From positions 248,001 through 312,000 of the forward strand of contig OZ251250.1 in NCBI GenBank assembly GCA_965240325.2: a DNA stretch of 64,000 nt, given 5' to 3'. The notes beneath the pieces are model-generated. The model searched no databases. It saw only the letters and a list, made by a program, of their open reading frames with translations, and had not been told where the DNA came from. Of this stretch, positions 58,495 through 64,000 are shown in pieces. Made by a program: the position numbers and the translations under genes. The DNA is from Rebecca billardiae RCC1528. Taxonomy: Eukaryota; Protista; Haptophyta. Within the stretch, counting starts at the first letter, position 1. Every line of letters starts with the position of its first letter.

Positions 58495-59318
58495 CGGGCC
58501 AGAGGCGCTGCGGGCGACCAGGCCGGCTCATCACGCGAGAACTATTCATCGCGACTCGCGGGCGCTCAGGTCTGCAGCACCCGCCAGCCGGGCGGCGGGT
58601 TGATTGCCCTGCGCATGAAGAGGGAGCAACCACGAGCGCTAGCGAGCGGCTGCTGAGGAGCGGCTGCAGCCGCCGCGCGGCGGGCATGATACGGTGTCGT
58701 CATTCAAGCGGACCTGATGCCGGCACGGGCTGCGTCAAAATCAGACGGCATGACCTAGCTTATGTTACGTGTGGCTCCGGCTCCGGTCCACCCCTCCCAG
58801 CTCCGTTACGTCTTGGCCCCGAGCCGAAGTCAACCAAGCGGACCATGCAGCAGAGTCCCTTCCGGCGACGCGGTCACCCCGAGTTGCGGATTGATGACTT
58901 CGGCATGACTTCATTCTGATTCAACTACGAGAATAATGTCCGGCATCCCGGTAGTCCGCGCACTACAATATATAAAGGGCGCGAACGCCAACAGCAGCGT
59001 TTCAAGCCGCAAGCCACGCGTGCGCGGACTCAGGAAGGGCGGACTCCGAGGCAAGGCGCGATTGCGCTGGCGTGGGTATCTAGGTCCCATGGCAACCGTG
59101 CCTCTCCGTCCGAGCCGCTGCACCGGCACTTTTTGATTTTTCCTCCGTGCTCTGCGCGGGCCGGGGCTGGTTCAGAAGCCCGCAGATGATTTGAGATGAA
59201 AGGCCGACGACGAAATATGAGTAGTATGGTTTGTTAATTGTTACCCAAGTGGGTGCGCGTACTTTACTGTACGGGTATCATCGGTGGGACGGCCACAACT
59301 GGAGCTCTCAACCGCAGC

Positions 59319-61254
59319 ATGGCGGGGTTGCCGCCCGAGCCCGACGTGGAGGCGGCGCGGCGCGAGGCGCGCGCGTCGATGGACGCGGGCGTCACGTGGT
59401 GGGGCACGTTCGCCGACCCCGCGCGGGAGGCCGCCTTCCGCGAGGAGGTCCTCGTCCCGCTCATCCCGCGCAACGTGCTGATGATGGCGGTGGGCGCGCT
59501 GCTGCTCGCGCTCAGCGCGTGGGCGCAGGTGTTCCTCGAGGGCTGGCCGCCGCTCAGCCTGATCCTGCTCGGCACGATGGCCGGCACATGGGTCCTCTTC
59601 CTCCCCTTCGCCGTCGCCGTGTACACCGGCCGCCTCCGCCTCTCCACCCGCCAGTCGGACGTCGTGTTTGGAGTGATGATCGCTTACAGCTCGCTGATGG
59701 CCCCGGCCGCGATGATTCCGTCGTACCTGGTGGACTTTGGCTGGACGCAGCTGGACGTGCCGCCCGAGGCGTACGCGTGGACGCCGGGCGACTACTACGG
59801 CCGGCTCGCCGTCGTCGTCTCCCTCCTCGCCGCCGCGTGCCCGCTCGACGCGCCGTTGTATCTCGTGGTGATCTCCCTGGCCGTGGGCGTGTGGGTCGCC
59901 ATCGAGATCGCGCACGGCGTGGAGCGGCTGACGGACGCGATGGCGCTGCTCGCGCTCGTGTTCGCCGGCGCGTGCTCCGTCTACTCGCGCGGCACCATCC
60001 GCGCCAACATGGTGCGCCGCGCCGCGCCGCCGCGCGGCCGGCGGCCGGCCGCACGCCACCGCGCGCGCTTGGTGATCATGTCGCGCGCGCGCGCCGCGCC
60101 GCGCGTGCGCGCAGCGGAGCGACTGGCACTTCCGCCGCGTGGTCGTGACCAAGATGCTCGCGCTGCAGGGCGCGTCGCACGTCGAGACGCTGCAGCGCAT
60201 GCAGATGCGCGCCGCTGCTAACCTCACGCGCGCGCGCGCCAGGCTGATCAGAGTGGTGAGGCGCAGGGAGGGGGGCGCCTGCGCGCGCGCGCGCGCGCGC
60301 CCGCCGCGCACGGATGCGCGCACGCGTGCGCGCCGCTGGGCCGGGAGCGCGGGGCCGGGCCGCCCCTCCGCCCTCCGCCCTCCGCCCCCTCCCCCTGCCC
60401 ACCCGCCCCACCCGCCTCGCCCGCTGTCCCCGCTTTTACCCGCATTACCCGCATTACCCGCATTACCCGCATTACCCGCCGCCAGGTGATGCACGACCTG
60501 CGCTCGCCGCTGTTCGCCGCGTCCAACGTGGCGGAGGCGCTGGACGCGATGCCGGGGGCCGTGCGGCTGGACGACGAGCGCGTGCGCGAGTCGGTGGCGG
60601 CGCTGCACACGGCGACGTACACGATGCAGGCGCGCGCGCGCGCGGCTTTCGCTGATTCTTTTGCGCGCGGACGCGGCGTGTGTGCGCGCGCGCGGCTGCG
60701 GCAGCACGCGCGGCGCGGCGCCCACGCCCACGCGCGCGGCGCCTCGCCCCGCCCACCACCCGCGCCCCCGCAGACCGTCGTCTCCGACCTCATCGCGTAC
60801 GAGCGCGCCTCCTCGGGCGAGCTGGGCGTGCGCGAGCGCGCGCTCGACCTGGGCGCGATGCTGCGGCGCGCGCGCGAGGCGTGCGCAGGGCGCGCGGAGC
60901 GCGGGTGCGTGCGCGTGGTGGTGGAGGGCGTGCCGCCGGCGCTCGCGGCGCGGTGCTTCGGCGGCGACGCGGACAAGCTCGAGCACTGCCTCGCGTGCGG
61001 GCTGAGCAACGCGCTGCGCTTCACGCCCGCCGGCGGCACCGTCACGCTGAGCGCCGAGCCGTTTCCGGAAAGTTCCGAGCAGGAGGGCGAGGGGGGCGCG
61101 CAGCCGCGGCAGTCCCTTGGTGTGCCGGCCGCGCCCGACGGCCGCGGCGGCACGGCCGGCCCCCTCGGCTCCAAGCCGCGCTGGGGCTCGGGGCTCGGGG
61201 CGATGCTCGGCGGATCGCGCGCCGCGTCCGTCGACTCGGCCTCCACCGAGCACT

Positions 61255-61305
<51 letters not shown>

Positions 61306-63120
61306 GCGGCGGCAGCGGCAGCGTTGGCGGCGGCGGCTCGTTCAGGCAGCACAGCGCGCTCGTGGGCGCGGCGCGCGGGCACCCGGCCTTCATCCTCGTC
61401 GTGGCGGACAGCGGTGTGGGCATCAACCCGGTCGAGCTGGCAGTCCTCAGCCGCGGCGAGCCGTTTGCGCAGCTGGGCAAGGGGCAGCTCGAAGGGCGCG
61501 GCGGCTCCGGGCTGGGGCTGACGATTGCGCGGCAGCTGCTGGCGCTGCATCACGGCTCCGCGCTCGGCCTCGCGTCGGAGGGGCCCGGGCGAGGCACGCG
61601 CTTCGAGATGCGCGTGCGCACGCGCGCGCCGCCGAGCGACGCGCCGTGCGCGCCGGCCGGCCCGCTGCCGCCCGTGCCGCCCTCCGCCGCGCCTTCGCCC
61701 ACGCTCGCAGCCGCCGAGACGGCACGCGCACACTCGGAGCTGCGCGCCGGCTCCGCGCTCGAGCGCTCGGCCGAGCGCTCGGGGCCGGGACAGTCGGGGG
61801 CGCCGGCGGGGGCGCAGGCGGGGCGCCCGGCGCCGGAGCCAGAGGCGCGGCACAGCCGCTGCGGCGAGGTGGCCAGCGCCGGCTCGGAGGCCGAGGCGGC
61901 GGAGCGCCGACGCCCGTTCGCGCCACCGCGCGCGGCCGAGTGGGCGCCGCCGCGCCCGCCGGGCGAGCCGGGCGAGCCGTCGCCGCCGCTGCCCGGCGCG
62001 CCGGCGGCTGGGGCGCAGCCTGCGGCGCACGCGCAGCAGCAGCGGGGGCACCGCGCCAACCGCCCAGTGCGCGTGCTCCACGTCGAGGTGTGCGCGCGCG
62101 CGTGCGCGTGTGCGCGCGCGCGTGCGCGTGTGCGCGCTGCGCGGTGGCGGTGGCGGTGGCGGTGGCGGTGGCCGCGGGGGCGCGCCGCCGTGCACGCCGG
62201 CCGCGTGCCGAACCGCCGCCCCGCCCGCCACGACCGCCGCCGAGCCCCCGCCCTCCTCCCGGCGGCCCCCGCCCTCCGCCCTGCGCCCCGCCCGCGCGGC
62301 TGCTGCGCCGCTGCGCCACGCCGCCCACGCTGCTGCGCCCCGCGCCCCGCCCGCGCGGCTGCTGCGCAGGACGACGAGATCGTGCACCTCACCCTCGGGC
62401 TGGCGCTGTTCAGCCCGCTCGGCGTGGCGTGCACGCACGCGCCTGACGGGCGGCGGGCGGTCGAGCTCATCCTCGAAGCCGCCATGCAGTTTGACCTCGT
62501 GATCATGGATAACCAGGTGAGGGAGGCGGCGCGGGCGTACGCGCGCGCGGGCGGGCGCGGGCGCGGGCGCCGGCAGGGGCGTGTGTGTGGCGCGCGCCCC
62601 GTGCGCCCGCCACCAGCCCCTCAGCCGCCGCCACCGCCGCCGCCACCGCCGTGCGCAGATGCCGAACATGACGGGCACGCAGGCGACGCGCGCGCTGCGA
62701 CACGGCGGCTTCAAAGGCCCCATCATTGGCGTCACAGGCGGTGCGTGCTGCGCGCGCGAGCCAACCGCTGCGCCCGCGCGGGCGCGGCCGGCGGCGGCCG
62801 TTGGCGGGCGGCGCGACCCGCGAGCGCCGTGCATTCCGCGCACGCCAACGCCACCGCGCGCTCGTCGTCGGTGCCACGCCCGCCGCCGCCCCTCCCGCGC
62901 TGCCCCACGCACGCCCATCGCGTGCCATTGCCGGCTGCCGCCGACGCCGCGCGCCGCCGTGCCACGCCGCGCCGCAGATCCGGTCGGGTGCGACGACCGC
63001 CGCCAGTTCGAGGCGTCTGGCGTGGAGGTCGTGCTGGACAAGGACGCGGCGAGCATACAGGCCCTCAGGGAGCGGATCGAGGCGCTCGGCTCGGGGCCGC
63101 CGCCCGGGCGAGCCGAGTGA
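59319..63120 (+). CDS. Membrane-bound hybrid histidine kinase, paralog of 2664-6271, 7 exons
   Basis: Exons ~59319-60011, 60115-60255, 60486-60629, 60774-62087, 62370-62516, 62659-62740, 62978-63120. Motifs VMHDLRSPL, GLSNALRFT, DSGVG, GSGLGLTI and HVEDD...IMDNQMP...TG...K. Intron 60630-60773 has a GC donor. Confidence 0.88.
60436..60479. repeat. Intronic 9-bp tandem repeat (TTACCCGCA) x~5
   Basis: Read directly; it ends just before the acceptor at 60485. Confidence 0.9.
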
Positions 63121-64000
63121 CTGATGCCAGAGCCGGCACTCGGACACTACGCGTGACACAGATCACTGCTCGCTCACCGTGTGAATCACGTACGCGGTCC
63201 GCGGGCGTGGTGATGCGTAGATGACGATGAGCGACGAGTACAGACGACGCGAATTTATGGACTACATACAGCGCTAGGCAATTGGGTGGAATTCATCCCA
63301 TTTATTTCTGGCGCACTTCCGCACTGGGGAGGCGGAAACGCTGAGCGGCAGCAGCATTTAATACTACGCGAATAATAATAAGGAATAAATAAACACTCGA
63401 TCTATAGGGAATGAATAAGCGCACGCGCGCAGTGCGACGAAAGTTTTTTCGGGTCGTATTGTATCAGCGTCGCGTAGTTATACGACTATAGTCTATATAA
63501 TATATATGCGAAGCACCATCTGCTGCGAGGCGGCCTGCTTGATCAGTTGATGCGCACGCGGCGTCCGACGAGGCAGTCTACAGGGGTCTCAACAATTAAA
63601 CGTCATCATCGTCATCACATTCTGACTGAGCTGCACGCCACTGCTCACCCTGCCCCCCTGGGCTGATCCAGGCGGCCCCCACGGCCCGTGCACGCCGGTT
63701 TCGACCCAGCGCGTCAGCCCCAGCGCGCGTGGGCTGGAGTTGGGCACACCAGCAGGTCACACGGCTGCAGGCGTACAGCCTGTCGCAGCTGGCCAGATCC
63801 TGCCGCAGGCTTGTCGTCACTGGTCGCGGGCCGTGTGCCCACACAGACCAGGCCTAAATTGTGCTTGGCAGTCGGGATCTGGTACCCCCTAGGGTGGGCT
63901 GCATGCCACCTGAGGGGGAGCTCATGGGATCAGCAGCTGCTGTGGCACAGTGCCCAATCCCGCACCCGCTGACACACCCCGAGGGTGGCCAGCCCGACCC

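Noticed and set aside
60436-60479. Interstitial telomeric repeat
   Set aside because: The 9-bp unit does not match TTAGGG-type repeats. It is short and intronic, and similar TACCCG-based tandems occur in a UGGT intron (~52488-52530).
53777-63056. Very long Arg/Ala/Pro-rich ORFs (954, 793 and 1271 aa, among others)
   Set aside because: They are stop-poor alternative frames over the kinesin and kinase genes in extreme-GC DNA and contain no motifs.

Overview
Very GC-rich eukaryotic DNA with short spliceosomal GT-AG introns, one GC-AG intron and GGC/GCG-rich linkers. It is probably from a haptophyte-like alga (inference from composition and gene content only). The flanks carry ordinary genes: two paralogous membrane-bound hybrid histidine kinases, a degenerate kinase-like gene cut by the window edge, oligopeptidase A, a MOSC/mARC-like protein, a BAR-PH-ArfGAP, a trypsin-like protease, UGGT and a kinesin. 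The centre (~10.3-38.9 kb) is an expanded locus with six copies of an intronless gene made of 38-aa Cys/His repeats of the EsV-1-7 type (10, 9, 8, 5, 5 and 6 repeats). The repeat scaffold is nearly invariant, but one codon per repeat is hypervariable (9 residues, all NNG codons) and repeat order is shuffled between copies, resembling PRDM9 or TALE arrays. Five copies are paired with a truncated but open MOSC copy. The 3' flanks have captured four different terminal-inverted-repeat elements, one nested, and their ends and target duplications can be read against empty sites in sister copies. Most long Arg/Ala/Pro-rich ORFs in the supplied track are GC-driven shadows.
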